Below, in pieces: positions 8,136 to 17,573 of a DNA stretch of 64,000 nucleotides. A program made the position numbers and the translations under genes. Origin of the DNA: an uncultured Actinomycetes bacterium (lineage in GTDB: Bacteria; Actinomycetota; Thermoleophilia; RBG-16-64-13). The notes beneath the pieces are model-generated. The model was not told the DNA's origin and made no database searches. It worked only from the letters and a program-made list of their open reading frames with translations. How positions within the stretch are numbered: the stretch's first letter is position 1; every line of letters begins with the position of its first letter. The stretch lies in contig CAWJDT010000001.1 in the NCBI GenBank assembly GCA_963841735.1, forward strand, positions 1,536,001-1,600,000. Reading direction: 5' to 3'.

Positions 8136-10354
8136 TAAGGCTGGGTCTGCGCCTCTCGCTTCGGGGGGCGCGAGAGGGCAACATCAGACTGCTGCTTACG
8201 GCACTGGGCGTCGCGCTGGCGGTAGCCCTTCTGCTGCTGACCATGAGCGGCTTCAACGCACTGAAAGCGCGAGACATGCGCGGTGGTTGGCAGTACACAA
8301 GCGAGAACAATCGCGCGCCCAGCGTGGACGAGAGCCAGTCAGACCCGCTGTTGTGGCGCATGTCGACCGATCAGTACGACGGCCGGCTGATAACCCGCGT
8401 GGAGGTAGCCGCGACCGGGCCCGCTTCGCCGCTACTGCCAGGACTAGACCACCTGCCGGCGCCGGACGAGTACTACGTGTCGCCGGCCCTTGCCGAGTTG
8501 CTAGATACAACGCCGCCCGAACTCCTGGGGGCGCGCTTTTCGGGCACGCGGGTGGGCACCTTGGGCGACGGGATGATGGACTCGCCGGATTCGCTCATAG
8601 TGGTACTGGGGCGCTCGGTGGCCCAGGTGGATAGCGGTTGGTACTACGAAACGGTGCGGAGCATAGAGACTTCTCCGGTGCAGCACGATTGGACCTTCAT
8701 TATGCGTATTGTGCTTGGCATCGGGGGGATCGGGCTGATGTTGCCGGTGCTTGTGTTCGTTACCACTTCCACGCGGCTCGCGGCCGCGCGGCGTGAGGAG
8801 CGGTTGGCGGCGCTCCGGCTGGTAGGGGCCACTCCCGGCCAGGTGAACGTGCTCGCCGCGGTGGAAGCTATGTTGGCGGCCGTGTCAGGCACAGTTCTGG
8901 GGTTTGCGCTGTTCTACGCCTTCCGTCCTCTGGTGGCGCTGGTGCCGTTCACGGGAGAGCGCTTCTTCACCAGCGACCTCGCGCTGGGTCCTTTGGCTAT
9001 CGTGGCGGTGGGAGTGGGAGTGCCGGCGGCAGCTGTGGTCGCCAGTCTGCTGACCCTGCGACGCGTACAGGTGTCGCCGCTGGGCGTGACCCGCAAGGCT
9101 CCGGCGCGCCGGCCGAGCGCTTTGCGGATGCTGGTGCTTGTCATAGGGTTCCTGCTGCTTCTTCTGCCCAACTGGTTCCAGGGCTCTGGCACGCGCTTCT
9201 ATCTGGTGGTAGGGGTGTTCGCGGGTATCGGGTTGGGCATCGCCGTGGCGGGACCTTGGCTGACCTACGTGGGCGGGAGACTCTTGGGGGCCCTTGCGCG
9301 CAAAGACTCCACCCTCATAGCCGCACGCAGGCTGTCAAGCGATCCGCGCCGGGCTTTCAGGGCTATCAGCGGACTGGTTCTGGCCGTGTTCGTGGGCACC
9401 GTGTTTGTGACCATCGTGGCCACCGCTCTTAGAGACTCGAGGGGAGTGCTCGAACCACGGGAGATACCCGCCGCGACCCTGGTCGTGCAGCCCGTGGAAG
9501 ACCAGGAAGGCACGCTGTTGTCGGGACAGGCCGCGGTTGATTTCGTGGCCGGGATAGAGAGTCTGGAAGGGGTAGAGGAGACCGTCCCGGTCTTCGTAAC
9601 GGATGCCGATGGCGGGGGTGCGCCTGTGCCCGGCGAGGAGACGGTGTTGCTTGTGTCCGAGTCGGACTGGACTCGGCTGGGCGGTGCGTCGCAGGATCTA
9701 AATGGCAGCGGGTATGTCGCTATCTCTATCGGCGAGCTCATGGGGGGCCGCCTGAGGACTTTGGGCGGCCCCATCCCGACGCAGCCCATGGGGGAGCAGG
9801 AGGCGATGACCGCGGGCATGATGGCGGAGCTGCTGGTCATCACCGACGGCGAACAAACAAGCGTAGAGAGAGCCAGGACGTTCGTAGAGACGCACTCCCC
9901 GTTCGGCATGGATCCCTACACCATGGGCGAGATGAGCGCCGAGCAGGGGGCCATTGTCAACCTCCTGGGGCGGCTGGTATACGTGGGAGTGATCATAAGT
10001 CTGTTGATCGCCGGGTGCAGCCTGGCGGTGTCGGTGGCGGGAGGTCTGGTGGAGCGCAAGCGGGCCTTCGCCCTGTTGCGGCTCGCGGGCATGCCGCTCC
10101 GCCGTCTGTACAGGTCGGTGCTGCTGGAGGCGGCGGTGCCTCTGGTGCTGGCCGCCGTGATCTCGTCCGGGGTCGGCTTCCTGGTGGCCGCGATGATCAT
10201 ATGGAACACGGGTACCGACCTGCCGGTGGCCCTGCCTGGACTCGGCTACGTGGTCGTGGTCGTGGGCGGACTGGCGGCCGCCCTAGGAGTAGTGGTCGCT
10301 ACGCTGCCCCTGGTGGGGCGGATGACCGCGCCCGGGGCCGTGCGCATGGAGTAG
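8132..10354 (+). CDS. FtsX-like ABC permease
   Basis: Two FtsX motifs: RREERLAALRLVGAT and ERKRAFALLRLAGM. Confidence 0.92.
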   Translation: MIRLGLRLSLRGAREGNIRLLLTALGVALAVALLLLTMSGFNALKARDMRGGWQYTSENNRAPSVDESQSDPLLWRMSTDQYDGRLITRVEVAATGPASPLLPGLDHLPAPDEYYVSPALAELLDTTPPELLGARFSGTRVGTLGDGMMDSPDSLIVVLGRSVAQVDSGWYYETVRSIETSPVQHDWTFIMRIVLGIGGIGLMLPVLVFVTTSTRLAAARREERLAALRLVGATPGQVNVLAAVEAMLAAVSGTVLGFALFYAFRPLVALVPFTGERFFTSDLALGPLAIVAVGVGVPAAAVVASLLTLRRVQVSPLGVTRKAPARRPSALRMLVLVIGFLLLLLPNWFQGSGTRFYLVVGVFAGIGLGIAVAGPWLTYVGGRLLGALARKDSTLIAARRLSSDPRRAFRAISGLVLAVFVGTVFVTIVATALRDSRGVLEPREIPAATLVVQPVEDQEGTLLSGQAAVDFVAGIESLEGVEETVPVFVTDADGGGAPVPGEETVLLVSESDWTRLGGASQDLNGSGYVAISIGELMGGRLRTLGGPIPTQPMGEQEAMTAGMMAELLVITDGEQTSVERARTFVETHSPFGMDPYTMGEMSAEQGAIVNLLGRLVYVGVIISLLIAGCSLAVSVAGGLVERKRAFALLRLAGMPLRRLYRSVLLEAAVPLVLAAVISSGVGFLVAAMIIWNTGTDLPVALPGLGYVVVVVGGLAAALGVVVATLPLVGRMTAPGAVRME

Positions 10355-10467
10355 GGAGGCTCGCTCCGGGCGAAAGGCCCGCGCCGCGGGCTCGCCTCGC
10401 GCTGCGCCGCGCGGCCCGGCCACCGCCGACGGTCAGCGGATCCTGCGGCTGCAGACCCCAGCGGCGC

Positions 10468-10514
10468 CCTCACCCCCCGAGCGCCACTCTGCGCCCTTCT
10501 CATGCGCCGCCTGG
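10468..10514 (-). pseudogene. Collapsed remnant of the malY 3' end
   Basis: CCTCACCCCCCGAGCGCC (malY stop region, ~11688-11705) is fused at GCGCC to GCCACTCTGCGCCCTTCTCATGCGCCGCCTGG (~11977-12008). Confidence 0.7.
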
Positions 10515-10539
10515 AATACGCGGCCAAAACTGGTGAGCG

Positions 10540-11151
10540 CTAGACCGGTCCTCCGCACTTGGCGCAGAACTTCGCGCCCGGCACGAGCGGGCTACCACAC
10601 GCAGCGCAGAAGGCCTGGGTGGCTTTGCTCTGCGGCCCCGTCGGCCCGCTTCCCTTGCCCTTCTGGCCGAGCATGTACAACATAGTGCCCAAGCTACCCA
10701 GAGCAACCGCGGCCAAGACCGCTATCAGCGCTATCCACCCGCCCCCAAGCCCGTCACCACCGTCAGCGTCGGTCGCTGGGACTTCGGTGGTCGTCGTTGT
10801 CGTGGGCGCCGCCGTTGTAGTGGGCATCCCGGTGGTCGTGACCGCCCCCGTGGTCGTCGGAGCCAGCGTGGCGGCGGTCTGCGGCGCTGTGGTAACCGAA
10901 GCAGTGGCCGTCGTGGAAACACCGGCGGTGCTGGTTGTGAGAAATGGCGCGAAGATGCTTGGGTCGGTGAACCAGTCCGGGTCTATCGATAATCCTGGGT
11001 CGACGGGTACGGCCGTACCGATGTCGATCGACACCGACGACGGCGGCAACAGGCCCAGGCTAGTACCCGGCCTTAGCGTCATGACAAGGACCGCGAAGGC
11101 AAGGGTGCAGAGCAGAATAGTGACTATCCTACGGCTGTACTCGGTCTTCAA
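10540..11151 (-). CDS. Membrane protein with Thr-rich linker and C-terminal zinc ribbon
   Basis: Signal peptide, TTA/TTT-rich stretch, TM helix, FCAACG..L.PGAKFCAKCG. Confidence 0.85.
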   Translation of the reverse strand: MKTEYSRRIVTILLCTLAFAVLVMTLRPGTSLGLLPPSSVSIDIGTAVPVDPGLSIDPDWFTDPSIFAPFLTTSTAGVSTTATASVTTAPQTAATLAPTTTGAVTTTGMPTTTAAPTTTTTTEVPATDADGGDGLGGGWIALIAVLAAVALGSLGTMLYMLGQKGKGSGPTGPQSKATQAFCAACGSPLVPGAKFCAKCGGPV

Positions 11152-11689
11152 AGTAGTACCCTTTCCTCGCTTCTGTCTAGTCTAGCGCTACGCTCGCAAC
11201 ATGTACATCATGCAAAGGCCCTATGGTGATGGAGGGGTCGTGGGGTCCAGATGCCCGCCAAGCAGGGCTCCGCGGGTGTTTCCACCACCATCAGAAAGAG
11301 CCAGCTCTCCCAGGTAGGAACGCAGGTGATATCGGGCCATGAAGCTCTCGGCGGCGGCGATAATCAAAGGCAGCTCCACCGGCGACCGTTCTCCGGTCGA
11401 ATACGAGAAGATGCCAACTGAGAATTGTCCTCAAACCTTTGCGGTCTAACGCGAAACAGTCAACGGAAACGGGGCAACTCCAAGACCAGGTGCACGAACA
11501 TCCTCACCCCATCGCGGATGGTTTCGGCCAACGCCCCGGGCATGGTGTCCAATTCCTGCCTGGTGGAGGTCGCGAGATGGGACGGCTAGACACAGGGCAT
11601 TGGAGTTGCCCTGCACGCTGCGATCTCTACAAAGAACTCACCGCCCTTGGGCCGCGGTCGGCGAGGGGGCACCATGGATGTCCCTCGCC

Positions 11690-13009
11690 TCACCCCCCAA
11701 GCGCCCCGCGCATCCTCTCCAGTGCCTCCCCGAGCAGCGCCCGGCTGCACCCAAAATTGAGCCGCACGTAGCCGGGGGCGCCAAAAGCGGCCCCGTCCGA
11801 GAGCCCCACCCCTGCCGCCTCGAAGAAGCCCACCGGGTCATCGAGCCGAGCCGCGCGGGTGTCGATCCAGGCCAGGTAGGTCGCCTCGACATGGGTCATG
11901 GTCAGGCCCGGCATGGTCGCGACGCTCCGCTCCACCAGGTCGCGGTTGTCTCGCAGATAGGCGAGCAAAGCCCGGAGCCACTCCGCCCCCTTCTCATACG
12001 CCGCCTGGGCGGCCGCATAGCCCATGATGTTCACGTGCGGCACGATGCCGTCCATGGCCCGGGAGAAGGCGGCCCGCAGCGTCGCATCGGCGATGACCGC
12101 GAACGAACAGCCTAGCCCCGGCGTGTTGAAGGTCTTGCTCGCGGCCATCAGCGTGACCGTGCGAGCGGCCATCTCAGGCCCCAAAGTGGCTATTGGGAGG
12201 TGGGTCTTGTCCTCGTCCAACACTAAGCCCGCGTGGATATCGTCCGAGCCTATCACCAGGTCGTGCCGCACCGCGACCTCGGCCAGCGCGGCCAACTCGC
12301 GGGCCGACCAGACCCTCCCCACCGGGTTGTGCGGCGAGCAGAGCAACAGCAGCTTTCGAGAAGGCTGCTGAACGCCGAAGCCCCGGCCGCCAGAACTCAC
12401 TGGGCGGCGCGATAGCACGTCCTCGGTCGCGCCAATAGCGCTGCTATTCGCGCTCCCTGCGTTCTTCTCTCCCGCGTACCCAGCGCGCTCTGGCGGCGAG
12501 GCGTCGCCGTTCAGCAGCCTGGGGCTCCGAGGACTGAGCGACCGCTCCAGAGCCTCCAGATCCATCTCCCAGCGGGAGGTGTTCAAGCGCAGCGGCACTC
12601 TGACCACGGCGCGGTCGGCATACTTGGGCGCGGACAAGAACGGGGGATAGATGGGAGTGAACGTCACCACCTGGTCGCCGCGGGTCCCGACCGCCCGGCA
12701 CAGCACGTTGAGGCCCGAGACGATCCCAGGGAGCCAGACTATCCACTCCGGAGCTACCTCCCAGCCGTAGTCGGCCAGCAGCGAGGCGCGAACGGCCTCC
12801 ACCAGCCCGCAGGGGGCATTGGCGTAGCCGAAGATTCCGTGGGCGACCCGCTCCTGCAGCGCGGCGATGACCGCGGGCGGCGAGCGGAAGTCCATGTCGG
12901 CCACCCAAAGGGGGATGACGTCCGTGCCGCGATACTTGTCCCACTTGTGGCTGGCGGTATCGCAGCGATCGATCACAGTGTCAAAACCGAAGTCGGATGT
13001 GTCGGGCAT
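11690..13009 (-). CDS. patB: MalY/PatB-family PLP-dependent C-S lyase carrying a 53-aa in-frame insertion
   Basis: PLWVADMDF, HGIFGY, CSPHNPVGRVW, SDDIH, AASKTFN.PGL, EATYLAWID, GYVRLNFGC. Confidence 0.93.
   Translation of the reverse strand: MPDTSDFGFDTVIDRCDTASHKWDKYRGTDVIPLWVADMDFRSPPAVIAALQERVAHGIFGYANAPCGLVEAVRASLLADYGWEVAPEWIVWLPGIVSGLNVLCRAVGTRGDQVVTFTPIYPPFLSAPKYADRAVVRVPLRLNTSRWEMDLEALERSLSPRSPRLLNGDASPPERAGYAGEKNAGSANSSAIGATEDVLSRRPVSSGGRGFGVQQPSRKLLLLCSPHNPVGRVWSARELAALAEVAVRHDLVIGSDDIHAGLVLDEDKTHLPIATLGPEMAARTVTLMAASKTFNTPGLGCSFAVIADATLRAAFSRAMDGIVPHVNIMGYAAAQAAYEKGAEWLRALLAYLRDNRDLVERSVATMPGLTMTHVEATYLAWIDTRAARLDDPVGFFEAAGVGLSDGAAFGAPGYVRLNFGCSRALLGEALERMRGALGG
12362..12520. mobile_element. 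159-bp palindromic (MITE/RPE-like) element inserted in frame in malY
   Basis: 13-bp terminal inverted repeats AGGCTGCTGAACG / CGTTCAGCAGCCT; length is 53 codons; internal sequence aligns with the elements at 28494, 29844 and 37432. Confidence 0.85.
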
Positions 13010-13252
13010 GGTGGACCTCGCTCATCGTTGGCGGGCGGCGCCGACGGTTTCGTCGCGAACCCACGACACACGATACACGCCCCTGGGCCACGTCGCGCGC
13101 GCAGCGGTGCTCGCAGGCGCATAGTCTAGGCCAGTAGATGATGCCAACCGCCATCTTTGGTTTGATACCCGCCGGCTCCATTCCCGCTACGCTGGCTGCA
13201 CAAGCAGTGGCACGAGCAGTGGTGCGATGAGCAAGCCGCGTCGGCCTTGGTG

Positions 13253-13275
13253 TGTACGGTGATATGCCGTACAAT
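13253..13275 (+). promoter_or_regulatory. Operator palindrome overlapping the -10 box of the DUF1778/GNAT module
   Basis: TGTACGG-N7-CCGTACA overlapping TACAAT. Confidence 0.7.
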
Positions 13276-13311
13276 CGGTAGCGGAACCTGGATGCATCAA
13301 GGGGGAACACC

Positions 13312-13632
13312 GTGGCTCATCCACTGGCTGGCGCTCGTGGCACCGCCTCCGAAAGCGGCTCGACGACGAGAGAGGCTCGTTTGGAGGTACGACTTACACA
13401 GGAACAGAAGTCGCTGGTCGTGCGGGCCGCTGCCGTGCGGGGAGCGACGGTGACCGACTTCGTGCGCCAGATCGTTCAGGACGCGGCAGCGCAGGTGGTT
13501 GCCGATCACGACCTGCTCCGTCTCTGCGCTGAGGACCAGGAGGCCTTCGCGGCCGCTCTTCTCACCCCCAGGGAGCCGACCGAAGGGTTCGAGACCGCAT
13601 ACGAGGACTACCGGAAGCGAGTGGGAGGCTAG
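13312..13632 (+). CDS. DUF1778 (TacA/AtaR-like) RHH antitoxin
   Basis: REARLEVRLT.EQK.LV.RAA..TVTDFV..LC.EDQEAF..ALL.P.EP. Confidence 0.9.
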   Translation: MAHPLAGARGTASESGSTTREARLEVRLTQEQKSLVVRAAAVRGATVTDFVRQIVQDAAAQVVADHDLLRLCAEDQEAFAAALLTPREPTEGFETAYEDYRKRVGG

Positions 13633-13635
13633 CCG

Positions 13636-14160
13636 GTGGCCGAGCGGGGCCCTGGGTTTCGGATCGAGTCGCTCGGGCCCGAACACGACCGGTGCGAGTT
13701 CTCGTGCGGGGTCCCTGGTCTTGACGCCTATCTCCGTGAGCACGCCGGCCAGGATGCTAAACGCCACCTGGCGTCGACTTTCGTCTTGCTGGAGTCCGGC
13801 CCCGTAGTCCTCGGGTTCCACACGCTATCCCAGCAGATCATCAGCCTCGACGACCTCCCGCCCGAAACTGCGCGGAAGTTGCCGCGCTACCCAGTCTTGC
13901 CCGCCACTCTCATCGGCCGCCTCGCCGTAGACGGCCAACGCCGGGGGGAGGGTCTGGGGTCGCTCCTTGTCATGGATGCGCTTCATCGGAGTTGGTGGGC
14001 GGCGAAGACGGTGGCCTCGTATGCGGTGAGGGTGGACGCGACTGACGAGGACGCGCGGGGATTCTACCTGCGTCGCGATTTCGTTCCGCTTCCCAAAGAG
14101 CGGCTGAAGCTGTTCTTCCCGATGGCCGACCTCGACCGCCGCTTTGCCCGGGGGCAGTGA
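13636..14160 (+). CDS. GNAT acetyltransferase toxin (TacT/AtaT-like)
   Basis: HDR.EFSCG..LDAYL, PATLIGRLAVD..RGEGLG, VDA..A.GFY. Confidence 0.92.
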   Translation: MAERGPGFRIESLGPEHDRCEFSCGVPGLDAYLREHAGQDAKRHLASTFVLLESGPVVLGFHTLSQQIISLDDLPPETARKLPRYPVLPATLIGRLAVDGQRRGEGLGSLLVMDALHRSWWAAKTVASYAVRVDATDEDARGFYLRRDFVPLPKERLKLFFPMADLDRRFARGQ

Positions 14161-14420
14161 CCCGACCCCTGTGGGAGTCCGCTCACCGCCGGGTAACCAC
14201 CCATCTCTCGCGAGAATATTCGCGCAAATTGCGCTCTTTTCGTAGAACGCGCGGTCTCCAGAGGCACATCCCGGTAGCTGTTGGACACCTACTCAAGTAG
14301 AAGCGGTGGGACGCCATGGGAAGCGTCAGCTATCCACGCCGCAGACGCGAAAGGGGGGGCCTATTGATCATTCACTCTTAGGGTAAGCAGGCGTGATTGC
14401 AGGTACTAAGCACGGAGTAG

Positions 14421-14855
14421 ATGAGGAAAGAGATGAAGAAGAGACTCTGCTATATTGCTCTGATTGCGGTGATGGGGGTTCTTCTGCTGAGCGGATTGGC
14501 TCTGGGATATACCCGTTCCATCAATCTCTATGCTAGCAACATAGGGGGGGGCGGCACGCTGTACGGCTATCACAACTACTACTCGTACAACACGACTCAG
14601 TGGCGCAACACCACCATGCAATACCGAGTCACGGGGAATACCAGGTCCTCAAACGACGTGTACATCAAGTTGTACAACCAGGGCACACTCGTCTGGACGC
14701 ACTCTCGTGGTGACGTGGTGGGCGGCGCGGCTCTGTTTACCACCGACGTCTCCCGAAGCACCTACAAGAACGCAACCAAGAGTTGGTGGAAGATAATCGC
14801 CGACGTGAATAACTACCCTGATCCGTCTGCTGAGGGCTGGATCGGCACCTTCTGA
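14421..14855 (+). CDS. Small Sec-secreted protein, possibly bacteriocin-like
   Basis: Signal peptide plus a Y/N/T/W-rich ~115-aa mature part; lower GC than its flanks; first gene of a coupled operon. Confidence 0.75.
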   Translation: MRKEMKKRLCYIALIAVMGVLLLSGLALGYTRSINLYASNIGGGGTLYGYHNYYSYNTTQWRNTTMQYRVTGNTRSSNDVYIKLYNQGTLVWTHSRGDVVGGAALFTTDVSRSTYKNATKSWWKIIADVNNYPDPSAEGWIGTF

Positions 14856-16003
14856 TGAAGTGCCAGAGAGCCCTTGCCCCTGCTCTTGTGGCCTTCGCGG
14901 CTCTTGTGGGAGTCGGGGCTCTCTGCGCCATTCTTCTTGGGGTCGGTGGGGGGGCCGCCGCTTCTTCCGAGGGCGACGTCTCGGCCCAGGCACCTCTGCG
15001 CCTAGTGCTGTCGGCGACGCAGGACGGATCGTTGATCTTCTCTTGGGACCCCGAAAAGGACAGTGTTGGGGGGGCGCACGTGTTGGCATATGCTCGCGAC
15101 GGGTCCCTTCTCTGGGACATGGCGGGCAGCGAGATCGGCATTGAGGCCGGTCTGCCGTCTGCCGTCGTCGTCCAGGCGGCACTCCCGCAAGAAAGCGGGG
15201 AGCCCGGCGCGCTGAGTGTCCTGCGGGTCGGCACCGGTGGCGTACAAGAGCTTGCTCGGTCTCAAGGCGAAGTGAGGCTCTTGCGCGCGGACTCGAGCGA
15301 GGCGGTGTACGTCGAAACGCTTTGGAACGAACTCGGGGTGCCACATTCGACCATCGTGACCATGGGCGAGAACGGGCGCCAGGACACGGATGTGCCGGGC
15401 GACGGGCAGACCGAAGGCATCGGTATCTCCGGCGACGGCCTTGTGCTTGCCGTTGTGACTAAGAACGACGAAGGCAACAAGCTCGCGTGGTTCAAGAGGG
15501 AGTCAGGCGGGCCATGGAGGCTGGTGAGCAACGCGCCTAGCCCTGCCTACTACGTGTCTCTGTCGGCAGACGGAAGCAAGGCGGTGCTTGGCCCGGAGGT
15601 TCCCGTGCTCGTGGAGCGTGGCCTGGGCGAGTCGGTGGAGCTTCCGGTGGACTATGTCGCCGAGGCCCGTTTTGGCACCTCGCGGCTTCTTCTTCTTGAT
15701 TTCCGGGTTGTGGCAAACACGATGCGCACCGTGGTGAATGCGGTTGGCCTAGGGTCCAACGCCGTGGAGTGGAGTCGCGAATTCACCGGGGAACAGCGCA
15801 TCGCCTGCGACAAGGAAATATCGCAACTGGCCTATGTGCAGGCGGGCGAGAGGGAGATAGTGGTGGTGGATCTGTCTGGGGAAGCAGAGCGCATCTATCC
15901 GGTGGAGCCGGCGGTCGACGTGGCCTTCTTAGACTCGAACACGTTGTTGGTTGTTCTGCAGGACGGATCGGTGACCACCTTGGAGATGGGAGACGGGCAA
16001 TGA
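14855..16003 (+). CDS. Exported beta-propeller-like protein
   Basis: N-terminal hydrophobic segment, repeated IS.DG..L / LSADG motifs, TGATG coupling to the upstream gene. Confidence 0.7.
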   Translation: MKCQRALAPALVAFAALVGVGALCAILLGVGGGAAASSEGDVSAQAPLRLVLSATQDGSLIFSWDPEKDSVGGAHVLAYARDGSLLWDMAGSEIGIEAGLPSAVVVQAALPQESGEPGALSVLRVGTGGVQELARSQGEVRLLRADSSEAVYVETLWNELGVPHSTIVTMGENGRQDTDVPGDGQTEGIGISGDGLVLAVVTKNDEGNKLAWFKRESGGPWRLVSNAPSPAYYVSLSADGSKAVLGPEVPVLVERGLGESVELPVDYVAEARFGTSRLLLLDFRVVANTMRTVVNAVGLGSNAVEWSREFTGEQRIACDKEISQLAYVQAGEREIVVVDLSGEAERIYPVEPAVDVAFLDSNTLLVVLQDGSVTTLEMGDGQ

Positions 16004-16764
16004 CTCAGGCAGACCCATCGCTGTCACCTCCGCCGGTGATCGAACTGGATGCGATATCGCTGTCGCGGAGGGGTCGCAAGATACTCGACGAGGTGAGCCT
16101 CTGCGTCACGAAGCCCGGTAGGGTGTGTGGCATCCTGGGGGCAAATGGGGCGGGCAAGACCTCTCTTCTCAAGGTGATAACAGGACTTGTGCGGCCGGAT
16201 GGGGGGACGGTACGGATGCAGGGGGGAGTCGTTTCTCACGGCACCATGCCGGCTCAGGTGGGTGCGTTGATCGAGGAGCCCCGCTTCTACCCCTGGCTCT
16301 CTGGCAGGGACAATCTCTTCGTTGCCGCGGGCGGCAGGAGCGATCGGGTGGCGAAGGTGGACGGCATTCTCGCCGCCATCGGCCTGGATGGGCGCGCCGA
16401 CGACCGTGTGAGGGTGTTCTCACAAGGGATGCGGCAGCGGTTGGGGATCGGCAGGGCTCTTCTCGCCGACCCGCCAATCGTGTTTCTGGACGAGCCCGCC
16501 AATGGACTGGATCCGGAGGGGATAGCCTGGCTGCGCACTCTGCTTGCTTCTCTGCGAGAAAGGGGAACGACGGTCGTCGTTACGAGCCACGTGCTGTCGG
16601 AGGTCCAGCGCACTTGCGACATGGTGGTGGTCATGAGCGCAGGAAGAATCGTGGCTGGTGGAGCCATGGCGGATGCGCTTGCCGGGTTCGCTTCGCTTGA
16701 GGACCTGTATTTCAGTCTTGCCGGCCAGGCGACGGCGCAGGCCACGAAGCGGTGGGTTCTGTGA
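16000..16764 (+). CDS. ABC exporter ATP-binding protein (BcrA/LanF-like)
   Basis: GANGAGKT, IEEPRFYPWLSG, FSQGMRQRLGI, LDEPANGLDP. Confidence 0.93.
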   Translation: MTQADPSLSPPPVIELDAISLSRRGRKILDEVSLCVTKPGRVCGILGANGAGKTSLLKVITGLVRPDGGTVRMQGGVVSHGTMPAQVGALIEEPRFYPWLSGRDNLFVAAGGRSDRVAKVDGILAAIGLDGRADDRVRVFSQGMRQRLGIGRALLADPPIVFLDEPANGLDPEGIAWLRTLLASLRERGTTVVVTSHVLSEVQRTCDMVVVMSAGRIVAGGAMADALAGFASLEDLYFSLAGQATAQATKRWVL

Positions 16765-17573
16765 ACACGGTGGCACCCTCGCGCCGCCGCCCTTTCTTCT
16801 TCGCCAGCCATGTTCCGGCACAGACGCTTCTGACTGGTGTCTACGCATTTGCGCTCGCCGGCGGCGCGGCGGCTTTCGTCTCGCTGCTGAGCGAGCGCAC
16901 CGATTACGGTGCGGGCTATGGGGTTTGGTTTGGAGGTCTGGTTGCTGTGGCTTTGGCTATTGCGGCGGCGCCGATCGCGGGGGCCCGAGTGGGGGGCTTG
17001 GACTGGGACCTTGGAACCATCAAAGACCTTCACTTGGGCGGGCAGAGGGTATTTGCTCTGCAGGCATACGCGCTCGGGCGCGCTGTTGCGGTGGGACTCC
17101 TCCTAGTTATCGCAGGTGTGCTATCGGCGTTGATGGTGTCAGCTCTGGCTACTGTTGGAGGGGCCTCGTGGCGCGGGAGCGCGGGAGTGGTATCGGCGGG
17201 GATGATCGCCCGTCTGCTACTCGCCGGCGCGGTCGGACTACCGTTCGTCGCTCTGATCGGCTGGGCCTTCGGGGCCGTCTTCCGCTCTGCGTTTAGGGGG
17301 GCGCTCGTGGTCGAAGGGACGCTGCTGGTCTACTTTCTGGTGATGCGATGGGTGCTTGATTTTGCCCCTCTCGAATATGTCTATCGCTTCTCGCCGTGGG
17401 GGGCTTTGATGGCCATGGTCGCGGGCGCGTACAAGCATCCCGTGGTTGTTCTGCAGCCGGCCATGGGTCTGGGGGAGTCGGTGTTGGTCATGCTGGCGTG
17501 GACCGCGGTGCTTCTCCTAGTGGTGTGGCTCTCTTCAGTGCGCCGCGATATTGGAGGAGGCGGTGCCTCGTGA
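16761..17573 (+). CDS. ABC-2-type permease
   Basis: About 6 TM segments, DWDLGT motif, C-terminal RRDI; GTGA overlap. Confidence 0.8.
   Translation: MNTVAPSRRRPFFFASHVPAQTLLTGVYAFALAGGAAAFVSLLSERTDYGAGYGVWFGGLVAVALAIAAAPIAGARVGGLDWDLGTIKDLHLGGQRVFALQAYALGRAVAVGLLLVIAGVLSALMVSALATVGGASWRGSAGVVSAGMIARLLLAGAVGLPFVALIGWAFGAVFRSAFRGALVVEGTLLVYFLVMRWVLDFAPLEYVYRFSPWGALMAMVAGAYKHPVVVLQPAMGLGESVLVMLAWTAVLLLVVWLSSVRRDIGGGGAS

Noticed and set aside
11222-11293. tRNA-like or riboswitch hairpin (ATGGTGATGGA..TCCACCACCAT)
   Set aside because: No cloverleaf, T-loop or known aptamer motif; it may just be part of a decayed ORF at ~11200-11430.
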